Shown here one piece after another: positions 9,691 to 19,432 of a stretch of DNA of 64,000 nt. The DNA lies in NCBI GenBank assembly GCA_023267855.1, contig JALNLN010000001.1:23620-87619 (forward strand), read 5' to 3'. The notes beneath the pieces were generated by a model, which had not been told where the DNA came from, did not search any database, and worked only from the letters and a program-made list of their open reading frames with translations. A program made the position numbers and the translations under genes. Every line of letters begins with the position of its first letter. Position 1 is the first letter of the stretch. The stretch comes from Candidatus Geocrenenecus dongiae. GTDB lineage: Archaea > Thermoproteota > Nitrososphaeria_A > Caldarchaeales > Wolframiiraptoraceae.

Positions 9691-11688
9691 ATGGGGGAGA
9701 GCCCCTCAGATAATGGATTAATTAAACGGCAGCAGGAAAGGTCTAGGGAACAGAAGAATAAACATCGTTTAGGTAAAACTCTTGGACCACTGCAGGACCT
9801 AGAAGAATTTGTATCTCCAGATTGGTGGAAGCAGATATTCAATTCTCTATATCTTAAAACTGATGGAGATGTTGTAAATGATCCAGAGATAACTAAAAAA
9901 GAAGTAGACTTCTTTGTAGATATTCTTGGATTAAAACATGAAGATAGGATACTTGATTTATGTTGTGGTCATGGAAGGCATTCTCTAGAACTAGCTAGGA
10001 GAGGGTTTAAGAATGTTGAAGGATTAGACATCTCCCACTATCTAATTAGAAAAGCTAGAATGGCTGCTGAGAAAGAAGGATTGAAAGTAAAGTTTAGAGA
10101 AGGAGATGCTAGAAAACTTCCATATCCTCCAGATTCTTTTGATGTTGTATTAATTCTTGGAAATAGTTTTGGCTACTTCGAGTCTATTAGAGATGATCTA
10201 CAGGTGTTGAAAGAAGTTAGAAGAGTCTTGAGACCTTGGGGTAAAATATTGATAGATGTTGCAGATGGAAGCTATCTTAGAGAGAACTTCCAGAAAAGGT
10301 CTTGGGAGTGGATAGATAAGAGCATGCTTGTATGTCGTGAGAGAAGTCTCTCATCAGATAAACAGAAACTCATATCACGTGAAGTCATAATAAATGTTAA
10401 GAAAGGAGTCGTAGCAGATCAAATATACGCTATAAGACTTTATGATAAAGAGATGCTTAGAGAACTTTTAGAGAAAGCTGGTTTCGTGAATATTACTTTC
10501 CATGGAGAGGTTACGCCAAATTCTAAGAGGATGCAAGACCTCGGGATGATGGAGAAGAGAATCATAGTTACAGCTGTAGCGAAGAAGGATTGGACTGTAG
10601 TTAGGAAGAAAGTTGATCAGAGAAAAACGGTTGTAGCAGTAATACTTGGGGATCCTATGAAAAACGATTACACAAAACCAGGTGGAGTATTTGATGAAGA
10701 TGATTTCTACACTATAAACAGGTTGATGCAAGCTTTAAGCGAATTGAAGGAATACGAATTCATATACTTAATGAACCATGATACGCTACTCCAAGACTTG
10801 CTTAAACTAAGAAATAAAATAGATCTAGTATTCAATTTATGCGATGAAGGATACTTCAACGATCCTACGAAAGAATCACATGTACCTGCACTTCTCGATA
10901 TACTTGGAATTCCATATACAGGTGCTGGACCAAGATGTCTAGCGTATTGTTATGATAAGAGTCTAGTTAGAGGTATCGCTAGAGAGATGGGGATACCTGT
11001 AGCTAAAGCAGTATTCGTAATGCCTGAAGAAGTAACTGTAAAGATACCTTTCGGGTTTCCAGTAATAGTGAAACCAAACTTTGGAGATAGCAGTTTCGGC
11101 ATCACCTACAAGAATGTAGTTCATAATGAAGAAGAATTACTGAATACTATCTCAGAGCTTAGAGAAAAGTTTAACTATAATAAACCTATCCTGATTGAAG
11201 AGTTCCTTCCTGGAAAAGATCTAACGGTTGGGATAATCGGCAACCCGCCTGAAGACTATCTTGTCTTACCTATCACCGAAGAAGATTATAGTGTTCTACC
11301 AGAAGGTTTACCACATATATGTAGTTATGAAGCTAAGTGGATTCCAAGTTCACCGTACTGGAATATAAGATCTATTCCAGCGAATCTACCACAAGATGTT
11401 AGAGACTACATTATCGAGTGTTGTGTAAAGCTCTTCATTAGACTTGAATGCAGAGATTATGCTAGATTTGATTGGAGACTGGATAGTGAAGGCAATCCTA
11501 GATTGCTTGAAGTAAACCCAAATCCAGGATGGTGCTGGGATGGGCATCTAGCGAAAATGGCCGCTTATGCTGGTATGAGCTACTCGGAGATGCTTAGAGC
11601 TATTTTGAAAGCTGCTGAGAAGAGATTAAAGTTGCAGAAGACACAAATAGAAAGTGTTGAAACAACTGTAAAGCTAACTAACCTCTAA
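9691..11688 (+). CDS. Fusion protein with an N-terminal class I SAM-dependent methyltransferase domain and a C-terminal D-Ala-D-Ala ligase-like ATP-grasp domain
   Basis: Residues about 90-220 carry MTase motif I (ILDLCCGHGRHS) and post-I/II motifs (DVVLILGNSFGY, RVLRPWGKILIDV). Residues about 300-640 carry the Ddl N-terminal/central domain pattern (VAVILGD..KND......DFYTINRLMQAL; IPYTGAGPRCLAYCYDKSLVRGIAREMGIPVAKAV; VIVKPNFGDSSFGIT) and C-terminal ATP-grasp residues (EVNPNPGW). Confidence 0.7.
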   Translation: MGESPSDNGLIKRQQERSREQKNKHRLGKTLGPLQDLEEFVSPDWWKQIFNSLYLKTDGDVVNDPEITKKEVDFFVDILGLKHEDRILDLCCGHGRHSLELARRGFKNVEGLDISHYLIRKARMAAEKEGLKVKFREGDARKLPYPPDSFDVVLILGNSFGYFESIRDDLQVLKEVRRVLRPWGKILIDVADGSYLRENFQKRSWEWIDKSMLVCRERSLSSDKQKLISREVIINVKKGVVADQIYAIRLYDKEMLRELLEKAGFVNITFHGEVTPNSKRMQDLGMMEKRIIVTAVAKKDWTVVRKKVDQRKTVVAVILGDPMKNDYTKPGGVFDEDDFYTINRLMQALSELKEYEFIYLMNHDTLLQDLLKLRNKIDLVFNLCDEGYFNDPTKESHVPALLDILGIPYTGAGPRCLAYCYDKSLVRGIAREMGIPVAKAVFVMPEEVTVKIPFGFPVIVKPNFGDSSFGITYKNVVHNEEELLNTISELREKFNYNKPILIEEFLPGKDLTVGIIGNPPEDYLVLPITEEDYSVLPEGLPHICSYEAKWIPSSPYWNIRSIPANLPQDVRDYIIECCVKLFIRLECRDYARFDWRLDSEGNPRLLEVNPNPGWCWDGHLAKMAAYAGMSYSEMLRAILKAAEKRLKLQKTQIESVETTVKLTNL

Positions 11689-12139
11689 TCATCTTCTTCA
11701 CCTTCTCAATTATTTCCTCACCATATCCTAGCTGCCTCAACCCTTTAATCAACACACTTACATACTGTTCAGAAGGTTTAACAAACCTACCTCTACTACT
11801 TGTCGAAACATATGTTACCGCTTCAACAACACCGATACTCTCAACATCCACTAAAACCTTTCTTCTAGCAAATTGTGAAGGAACACCAACAGCATTATCT
11901 AGCTTAGACATTTGTTCAATACTTAGTTTATAGACAGCTCCATAAACAATAGATTCAGGATCTTCGACTATACTTGCTACACCACCTCTCCAACTTGGAG
12001 AATAAGTATCGAATGAAAGTCTATACCCTCTAAGTAAAGCTTTCATAGGTTCTCCACAATCACCTACAACTTTTTTCAACAAACTTTTATCCATGGCCCA
12101 ACCATAAGCAAAAAACCATACATTATCAACCGTAGACAT
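11678..12139 (-). CDS. Gamma-glutamyl cyclotransferase-like (GGCT/AIG2 family) protein
   Basis: It has the N-terminal VWFFAYGWAM motif (a variant of the YFAYGSNM GGCT signature) and a GGCT-sized 153 aa. Its 3' end overlaps the convergent fusion gene by 11 nt. Confidence 0.6.
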   Translation of the reverse strand: MSTVDNVWFFAYGWAMDKSLLKKVVGDCGEPMKALLRGYRLSFDTYSPSWRGGVASIVEDPESIVYGAVYKLSIEQMSKLDNAVGVPSQFARRKVLVDVESIGVVEAVTYVSTSSRGRFVKPSEQYVSVLIKGLRQLGYGEEIIEKVKKMIRG

Positions 12140-12364
12140 AACCCAGATTTAATACAGTTATTGGAGCCTAAAAGAATTATCCGTAAATGAAGATGAGACC
12201 TTATTGGCCATAAGATATGGACAAAAAACTCTTACTCAGTTTGAATATTCTTCAAAATTCTTTGAAACATTGTCTTGGTATTTATGTGTTGGTTTAGATA
12301 TTCTTTAAAAGTTTAATTAAATATGTAAAGAAAATATATCAAATGCCTTGAAGTTTACATATGT

Positions 12365-13735
12365 ATGAAGAAGAAAATTACATCTAAAGAGGGTCTGCAG
12401 GATAAGATTTCTCGGAGAGAATTTCTCGGTCTGAGTAAAACTGTTGCTATAGGTGGAGTAATTGTTGCAGGTGTTGTAGGAGGTGTAGCAGGATACTTAG
12501 CTGGATCAGCAGCTGCGCCGGCAGTTACTACAGCACCAGCATCTACTATTACAACAACACGTGTAGAAACCCGTGAAGTCACTAAAACTGTCACAGCGCC
12601 TGTTGCTAGGAAGCTGAAAGTTGGTTACGTGTATGTTGGACCGATAGGTGATTATGGATGGACTCATGGGCATGATCGTGGTAGAAGATGGGCTGATGAG
12701 AAATTCGGATTAAATAATGTTGAAAGCATATATATTGAAAGTGTACCAGAAGCTGAAGCAGCTGGAGCTATAAAGAGCTTGATAGAGAAAGGATGTGAAC
12801 TAATAATTACTACAAGTTTTGGATACATGGATACGACAGCAGAGGCAGCTGAAAAGTATCCAGATAAATATTTTGTACATATTAGTGGTTATAGAAGTGG
12901 AGCAGCTGGAAACGCTCCTCAAAATATGAGTGCAGCTTTTGCAGAATTCTACCAGCTATACTATCTTAATGGTCTGGCTGCAGGAGCAGTTACTCAAACA
13001 GGTGTAGTAGGATACGTGGGAGCTTACCCGATACCAGAAGTTGTTAGACATATAAACGCTTTTGTTCTTGGAGCAAATTACGCCTACAAGAAGAGGACTG
13101 GAAAGAACATTAAAGCACATGTAAGCTGGATATTCGAGTGGGTAGCTCCGGAAAAAGCGAGAGCAGCAGCGATAGCTTTAGTAGAAGAAAAGAATTGTGA
13201 TGTTCTAGCATTTACAGAAGACACTCCTGCAGTACTACAAGTTGCAGAAGAGTACCAGAGGAAGGGGAAGAAAGTGTGGAGCTTCAGCCACTATAGTGAT
13301 ATGAGAGAATATGGACCTACAGCCCACTTAACTGGCCAAATAGCTAACTGGGGACCAATATACCTCGATTTCTATAAAATGGTTGCAACCAATACTTGGC
13401 AGAGTGTAGATATCTGGACTAGGATAGGAGATTACATGTCTTGGAGATGGAGGCTTCCGGTAGAGAAGAGTACTGCAGGTTTACCTGAAGGCACAGTCTA
13501 TCTAGCACCTCTAAATCCAGTAATACCCAGCGAATGGCAGCTTGAGATAAAGAAGAGGTATGAAGAAATGAAAGAACTATTATTTGAACCATTTAGTGTT
13601 GAAGGTAATCTCGGTGAACCTATAAGAGATCAAAATGGAGAAGTTAGGATTAAGGCTGGTGAAAGAGCAGATCACGATATGCTCTGGAACATGGATTGGC
13701 ATGTAGAGTATATAGAAGAACCTTTACCAAGATAA
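12365..13735 (+). CDS. BMP-family (PnrA-like) ABC transporter substrate-binding protein, probably for nucleosides, with a Tat-like signal and a Thr-rich linker
   Basis: An RREFLGL twin-arginine motif and TM anchor are followed by a Thr/Ala-rich segment (APAVTTAPASTITTTRVETREVTKTVTAP), then the BMP family core (VGYVYVGPIGDYGWTHGHD). The dual-NBD ABC ATPase and two permeases that follow are typical of the BMP operon layout. Confidence 0.8.
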   Translation: MKKKITSKEGLQDKISRREFLGLSKTVAIGGVIVAGVVGGVAGYLAGSAAAPAVTTAPASTITTTRVETREVTKTVTAPVARKLKVGYVYVGPIGDYGWTHGHDRGRRWADEKFGLNNVESIYIESVPEAEAAGAIKSLIEKGCELIITTSFGYMDTTAEAAEKYPDKYFVHISGYRSGAAGNAPQNMSAAFAEFYQLYYLNGLAAGAVTQTGVVGYVGAYPIPEVVRHINAFVLGANYAYKKRTGKNIKAHVSWIFEWVAPEKARAAAIALVEEKNCDVLAFTEDTPAVLQVAEEYQRKGKKVWSFSHYSDMREYGPTAHLTGQIANWGPIYLDFYKMVATNTWQSVDIWTRIGDYMSWRWRLPVEKSTAGLPEGTVYLAPLNPVIPSEWQLEIKKRYEEMKELLFEPFSVEGNLGEPIRDQNGEVRIKAGERADHDMLWNMDWHVEYIEEPLPR

Positions 13736-13789
13736 AAACCTCCACAAACCTCTCTCCATACATTTTTATTTTTAGTTTTACATAGTATA

Positions 13790-15334
13790 ATGGTGGAGGA
13801 GTTGGAGGAACTCTTACATCTTAAAGGTATAGTGAAAAAGTTCCCAGGAGTAGTTGCTAATGATAATGTTGATTTTACTTTAAGGAAGGGGGAGATACAT
13901 GCTCTACTCGGTGAGAATGGTGCAGGCAAGACAACACTCATGAACATAGTTTACGGACTCTACAAACCAGATGCAGGAGAAATATATGTTGAGGGTAAAC
14001 GTGTAGAGATAAGGTCTCCTAGAGATGCAATTAAACTCGGCATAGGCATGGTTCATCAAAACTTTAAACTCATACCTTCACACACGGTCATGGAAAACAT
14101 TATTCTTGGATTAAAAGATGTAGGGTTTGTGATAAACCGTAAGAAGGTTGGAGAAGAGATAAGGAAACTTTCAGAACAGTATGGCTGGAGGATAGATCCA
14201 TATGTTTATGTCTGGCAGCTCTCAGCTGGAGAGAAACAACAAGTTGAATTACTAAAGATACTTTACAGAAAAGCTAAGATACTGATACTGGACGAACCTA
14301 CATCTGTTCTCACACCACAAGAATGCCGAAACCTATTCCACGCTCTTAGAAAGATGGCGGAGGAAGGTATAGGCATAATCTTCATTACACATAAATTAGA
14401 AGAAGCTTTAAGCATAAGTGATAGAATAACTGTTATGAGAAAAGGGAAAATTGTTGCAACGAAGAATGCTTGGGAGACCAGCATAGAGGAACTTACAAAC
14501 TACATGATCGGAAGACCAGTACTCTTCAAACTAGACAAGAATAAGACAGATTCAAGTGAAGACTTTATCTTAATTAGAAATCTGAAAGCTTATGGAGATA
14601 CTGGAGCTCTCGCATTAAAGAATGTAAACTTAACGATAAGAAAGAATGAGATACTTGGCATAATCGGTGTAACGGGAAATGGGCAACAAGAATTAGCAGA
14701 AGTTCTAGCAGGATTAAGGAAAGCTATTGATGGTCAAGTATTAATAGATGGTATGAATATTTTAAACTATAGTCCTCTAAAATTGATAGAACTTGGAGTT
14801 GCCTACATTCCGCCTGAACCAATAAAGTATGGTATAGCTCCAAATCTTACCATAAGAGATAACCTATTTCTCAAAGCCTACAGATATAAGCCCTACTCCA
14901 GTAGGATATTTATTAACTTAAGAGAAGTAGAGAAGAAAGCGGAAGAAATAATAAGAAGATTTAATGTGGTTTGTCCAAATACTTCTATTAAGGCTAGATC
15001 GCTATCAGGTGGAAATATACAGAGATTAATACTTGCTAGAGAACTTTCAGAATTGATTAATGGCTGGAAGCCTAGATTCATTATAGCAGCTTATCCAACT
15101 AAGGGTTTAGATATATCTGCAGCAGAATTTGTAAATAGAACACTTATAGATTATAGTAAGACTGGCTCAAGTATACTCTACATTACAGAAGATATAGAAG
15201 AAGCTATGATGGTTTGTGACAGGATTGCGGTAATGTATGATGGTAGGATAATGGGTGTCTTCAAACCAGGTGAGGTAAGTATAGAAAAGATAGGGTTAAT
15301 GATGGCTGGCGCAGAAACTCTAACAACATCTTAA
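13790..15334 (+). CDS. ABC transporter ATP-binding protein with two nucleotide-binding domains (BMP/sugar-type)
   Basis: Walker A motifs GENGAGKTT and a second NBD (GVTGNGQQEL) are present, with LSAGEKQQVE and LSGGNIQR signature motifs. The 514 aa length fits a duplicated NBD. Confidence 0.85.
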   Translation: MVEELEELLHLKGIVKKFPGVVANDNVDFTLRKGEIHALLGENGAGKTTLMNIVYGLYKPDAGEIYVEGKRVEIRSPRDAIKLGIGMVHQNFKLIPSHTVMENIILGLKDVGFVINRKKVGEEIRKLSEQYGWRIDPYVYVWQLSAGEKQQVELLKILYRKAKILILDEPTSVLTPQECRNLFHALRKMAEEGIGIIFITHKLEEALSISDRITVMRKGKIVATKNAWETSIEELTNYMIGRPVLFKLDKNKTDSSEDFILIRNLKAYGDTGALALKNVNLTIRKNEILGIIGVTGNGQQELAEVLAGLRKAIDGQVLIDGMNILNYSPLKLIELGVAYIPPEPIKYGIAPNLTIRDNLFLKAYRYKPYSSRIFINLREVEKKAEEIIRRFNVVCPNTSIKARSLSGGNIQRLILARELSELINGWKPRFIIAAYPTKGLDISAAEFVNRTLIDYSKTGSSILYITEDIEEAMMVCDRIAVMYDGRIMGVFKPGEVSIEKIGLMMAGAETLTTS

Positions 15335-16452
15335 TGGTGATTAAATTGTCAAGTCGATTCTTCAAGCAGTACACGGTTAAGATTGAGAAGAGATTAGAAT
15401 ATTCACGTAAATTCGCTATACTGACAACGATTACAAGTATTTTGATAGCTTTCGGCGTGGCCGGGATAGCTCTCTCAATACTAGGTGTAGATGTTGTAGT
15501 AGCTTATACACAGGTACTCACAGTCTTCACAAAGCTACCGCTTCTAATAGAAGCAATCAAGTACGCTATTCCAATAGGATTAGCAGCTCTAGGATTAAAC
15601 ATAGCTTTCAGAATGAATTTCTGGAATATAGGTGCAGAAGGACAGATATACATGGGGATGTTCGCTTCCACAGGTATAGTGTTGCTTCACGTATACTACG
15701 GGCTAATACCAGAATACCTAGTACTCATAACCATGATTGTAGCTTCATTTATAGCTGGAGGAGCTTGGTGTACTCTACCAGCAATCCTTAAAGCTAAAAT
15801 GAAAGTAAACGAGATACTTACCACATTAATGATGAACTACGTGGCAATATATTTCATAGATTTCTTGATATATGGACCTTGGAGAGATCCGAAGGGTTAC
15901 GGGTTTCCGCTTTCAGTGCCTTTCCCAAGTTACGCTAAATTAACAATACTCTTCGGAGACTCCGTATACTTGGGCTCCATACTTCTCTTAACTATGGCTA
16001 TGGTTGTTTTCTTGATATTAAAGTATAGTAAGCTTGGATTTGAGCTAAGAGTTATTGGGGAAAGTCTTGAAACAGCTAGATATGCTGGTATAAACTTTGT
16101 GAAAGCGATTACGCTAGGTGGATTCATATCTGGTGGAATTGCAGGTTTAGGTGGTTTAGCTATAGTTAGTGGTATAATTGGAAGGCTTAGACCTAGAGCG
16201 TCAGCTGGATACGGTTACACAGCAATAATTGTAACACTATTGTCAGCGTTAAACCCATGGTTAATAATACCTACAAGCATATTCTTCGGAGGATTATTCG
16301 TAGCCGGCAACATGCTACAAGCAACGTTAAACATACCTGGAGCTACGATAGACATGCTTCAAGCATTAATATTCTTGTTCCTATTATTCGGAGAATTGAT
16401 TAAACGTTATAAGTTGAGGATAGTTGTAAGGGGGGTTAGCGTTGAGCATTGA
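15334..16452 (+). CDS. ABC transporter permease (BMP-system, first permease)
   Basis: It is a polytopic membrane protein in operon position, and its start overlaps the ATPase stop. Confidence 0.8.
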   Translation: MVIKLSSRFFKQYTVKIEKRLEYSRKFAILTTITSILIAFGVAGIALSILGVDVVVAYTQVLTVFTKLPLLIEAIKYAIPIGLAALGLNIAFRMNFWNIGAEGQIYMGMFASTGIVLLHVYYGLIPEYLVLITMIVASFIAGGAWCTLPAILKAKMKVNEILTTLMMNYVAIYFIDFLIYGPWRDPKGYGFPLSVPFPSYAKLTILFGDSVYLGSILLLTMAMVVFLILKYSKLGFELRVIGESLETARYAGINFVKAITLGGFISGGIAGLGGLAIVSGIIGRLRPRASAGYGYTAIIVTLLSALNPWLIIPTSIFFGGLFVAGNMLQATLNIPGATIDMLQALIFLFLLFGELIKRYKLRIVVRGVSVEH

Positions 16453-17422
16453 ATGGATTGAACAAGTACTCCAGCTAACAGTACAGATGGGGACCGTGTA
16501 TCTTATAGCATCTCTAGGCGAGATATATGCAGAACGTTCAGGAGTATTGAATCTAGGTCTAGAAGGAATTATGATTATGGGTGCAGCGATATCATTTATA
16601 TTCACAGTAGCCTATAACCATCTAATCGCAATACTGGTGGCCGCAGTAGTAGGCATATTGATGAGCTTAATTCTAGCTGTAATGACCGTACACTTAAGAC
16701 TAAATCAAGTTATAGTAGGCTTAGCATTAACACTTCTAGGAATAGGGTTAAGCGGAGTAATAACATCTCCAGGTATAAGAGAGAAGATACTATTAACTCT
16801 AAACCCAAATCTTCCAGAAAAAATGTTAACTATACAACAGGCTGAGAAGCTTCTAGAAATACCTATACCACTACTTTCACAGATACCGATACTTGGAAGA
16901 GCCTTGTTTAATCACAACGTACTCGTATACTTTTCACTCATAACAGCTTTCTCTATGTGGTTTATACTTTTCAAGACTAGGGCAGGTTTAGTGATAAGAT
17001 CTGTAGGTGAAAACCCTTCTATGGCGGATACACTTGGCGTAAATGTATTCCTAGTAAGATACATAACAGTAATCATAAGTGGATTATTCGCAAGTCTAGC
17101 TGGAGCTTACTTCTTCATAGGCTTCCACCCCTTCTGGCGTGAAGGAGTAACTGCTGGAAGAGGGTTCATAGCGATAGCATTAGTAATACTTGCAACTTGG
17201 AACCCTCTTAGAGCTATACTTGGAGCATACCTATTCGGAGGAATAGAAACACTTCAATATAGACTCCAACTCCTAGGTTTGGGAGCGCAAAGTCCATACT
17301 TCCTCGCAATGCTACCTTACATCATAACAATCATAGCACTAATACTAATATCTACTGAAAGTCTTAGAAAGAAGATAGGAGCACCTGCCTCTCTAGGAAT
17401 ACCATACTCAAGAGAAGAATAA
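16442..17422 (+). CDS. ABC transporter permease (BMP-system, second permease)
   Basis: It is a polytopic membrane protein that overlaps the upstream permease by 11 nt. Confidence 0.8.
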   Translation: MSIEWIEQVLQLTVQMGTVYLIASLGEIYAERSGVLNLGLEGIMIMGAAISFIFTVAYNHLIAILVAAVVGILMSLILAVMTVHLRLNQVIVGLALTLLGIGLSGVITSPGIREKILLTLNPNLPEKMLTIQQAEKLLEIPIPLLSQIPILGRALFNHNVLVYFSLITAFSMWFILFKTRAGLVIRSVGENPSMADTLGVNVFLVRYITVIISGLFASLAGAYFFIGFHPFWREGVTAGRGFIAIALVILATWNPLRAILGAYLFGGIETLQYRLQLLGLGAQSPYFLAMLPYIITIIALILISTESLRKKIGAPASLGIPYSREE

Positions 17423-17499
17423 AGAAACACTAATCCTTCAAAGTAACATTTACAACAAAATCTTTATCATAGTTATCAACATGGAGGTGGAGGAGAGAA

Positions 17500-18162
17500 G
17501 TGACGATAAAAGTGGTGATCTTCGATCTAGATGGAACACTAATAGTTTACAAACTTAAAGTTTACGAAGCAAAAGAAGTATTCATCAAGAGATTATCAGA
17601 GATAGGCATAGACTTAAACCACATATCTATACACACACCTATAATCGAGATAATAGAAGGAATAAACGACTTAGAAAGAGAAGAAATATTCAAGATACTT
17701 GATGAAGTATTTTCTAATTTCGAGGAAGAAGCTGCAGAAGAAGCAGAATTGAGAGAACATGTAAAAGAAGTACTCTTAGAATTAAAGAAGACTGGAGTTA
17801 AATTAGCAATAGCCTCTAACAATAGTATGAAGAGTGTTGAAAAATCTTTAGAGAAGACTTCTATTAAAGAATTCTTCGACATCATCATTACACGTAACGA
17901 TGTGATGGATCTAAAACCTAGTGAGAAAATGATAACCGAGATATTGAAGATGATGAAAGTAACCAATAAAGAAGCAGTATATATTGGAGATACAATTTAC
18001 GATATACTAGCGGCACGTAGAGCTGGTGTAAAATGTATAGCAGTAACAGGTGGAGCTAATAGTAAAGACCTTCTCTTCTCACATAATCCAGATTATCTAG
18101 TAGAAGACTTAAGAGAGATACCTAGAATAATCTCTAAATTAAGAGACAATAATGTAAACTAG
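17500..18162 (+). CDS. HAD-superfamily hydrolase (phosphatase, subfamily IA-like)
   Basis: Motif I VIFDLDGTL is at the N-terminus. Motif III/IV follow (K...GDTIYD). Confidence 0.75.
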   Translation: MTIKVVIFDLDGTLIVYKLKVYEAKEVFIKRLSEIGIDLNHISIHTPIIEIIEGINDLEREEIFKILDEVFSNFEEEAAEEAELREHVKEVLLELKKTGVKLAIASNNSMKSVEKSLEKTSIKEFFDIIITRNDVMDLKPSEKMITEILKMMKVTNKEAVYIGDTIYDILAARRAGVKCIAVTGGANSKDLLFSHNPDYLVEDLREIPRIISKLRDNNVN

Positions 18163-18263
18163 ATATATAACCCTATCTTTCAACATTCAATTCTCAAAAT
18201 TCTTCACACTTTCTTGATAATTAAAAATGCTTAAGATCTATTATATTCAAATTTATCTGAAGG

Positions 18264-19157
18264 TTGAAGATGAAGGTATTCATACTTGGAGGAACTGGAT
18301 TTATAGGAAAATATCTAGTTGATTTCTTCTATCAGAGAGGAGTAGAAGTTTTCCTCCTAGTTAGGAATATCCAGAAGATAAAAGAAGTTAAGCCAGGCAT
18401 AAAAATAATTCAAGGTGATGCTTTAGTGAAAGGATACTGGCAAGAGAAAATCTCTGAAATGGACCTCATAATTAATCTTGTAGGTGAGACTATCTTTAAA
18501 CGTTGGACTCCCGAATACAAGAAAAAGATCTGGGACTCAAGAATTCTATCTACTCAAAGAGTAGTAGAAGCTTTAACATCCCGTAATACTCTCTTCAACG
18601 CTAGTGCTATAGGATATTATGGTGATCGTGGAGAAACAATTTTAACAGAAGATAACCCTTCTGGAGATCTCTACATATCCCATCTCTGTAAGACATGGGA
18701 AGAAATAGCTTTGAAAGGAGAAGATAGAGGAGCCAGAATCATAGTAGGCCGTCTCGGAATCGTTATCGGGAAGGGAGGAGGTTTTCTTTCAACAATTCTA
18801 CCTCTCTTTAAGCTAGGTTTAGGAGGACGTCTCGGATCTGGAAAACAATGGATTTCATGGATCCATATAGAAGATTTAGCACGTGTAGTAGAATTCCTAT
18901 ATGAGAAAGATGTGGAGGGAATATTCAACATCACTTCACCTCAACCTATCAGAAACCTAGAGATGACCAAGATCATAGCTAATGTCTTAAGAAAACCTGC
19001 TATACTCCCGACCCCCAAAACCCTACTAAAATTCTTCTACGGAGAACTTTCAGAAGTAATTCTATCTAGTACAAGAGCAATACCTAAGAAACTCATGGAT
19101 CTAGACTTCACATTCAAATATCCAACTTTTAGAGAAGCTCTAACAGCATCGCTCTAA
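18264..19157 (+). CDS. NAD-dependent epimerase/dehydratase family protein (YfcH/TIGR01777-like atypical SDR)
   Basis: It has an N-terminal Rossmann fold (ILGGTGFIGKYL), and its length and C-terminal region resemble the YfcH family. Confidence 0.7.
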   Translation: MKMKVFILGGTGFIGKYLVDFFYQRGVEVFLLVRNIQKIKEVKPGIKIIQGDALVKGYWQEKISEMDLIINLVGETIFKRWTPEYKKKIWDSRILSTQRVVEALTSRNTLFNASAIGYYGDRGETILTEDNPSGDLYISHLCKTWEEIALKGEDRGARIIVGRLGIVIGKGGGFLSTILPLFKLGLGGRLGSGKQWISWIHIEDLARVVEFLYEKDVEGIFNITSPQPIRNLEMTKIIANVLRKPAILPTPKTLLKFFYGELSEVILSSTRAIPKKLMDLDFTFKYPTFREALTASL

Positions 19158-19432
19158 AAATAACCTAGCTATATACTACGTGAAAGATCGTATTCAAAAC
19201 TAAACATAATTACTTCTAGCACTTTCAATATTTCTAGAAAGTCAGGAAAATTTCTCTGTTAGCTCTGTGGATGGTTTTAAGATTAAGCTTAAGTATAGGT
19301 TAATAGCACTTAATAATCTAATAAACCAATATGCATATCGATTTAATAGGTATAGTTAAAGTTTTATTTCGCTAAAACACTCTTTATTAAATGTAATCTA
19401 TATATACATGGATTAGTTCTTAATATATTGGT

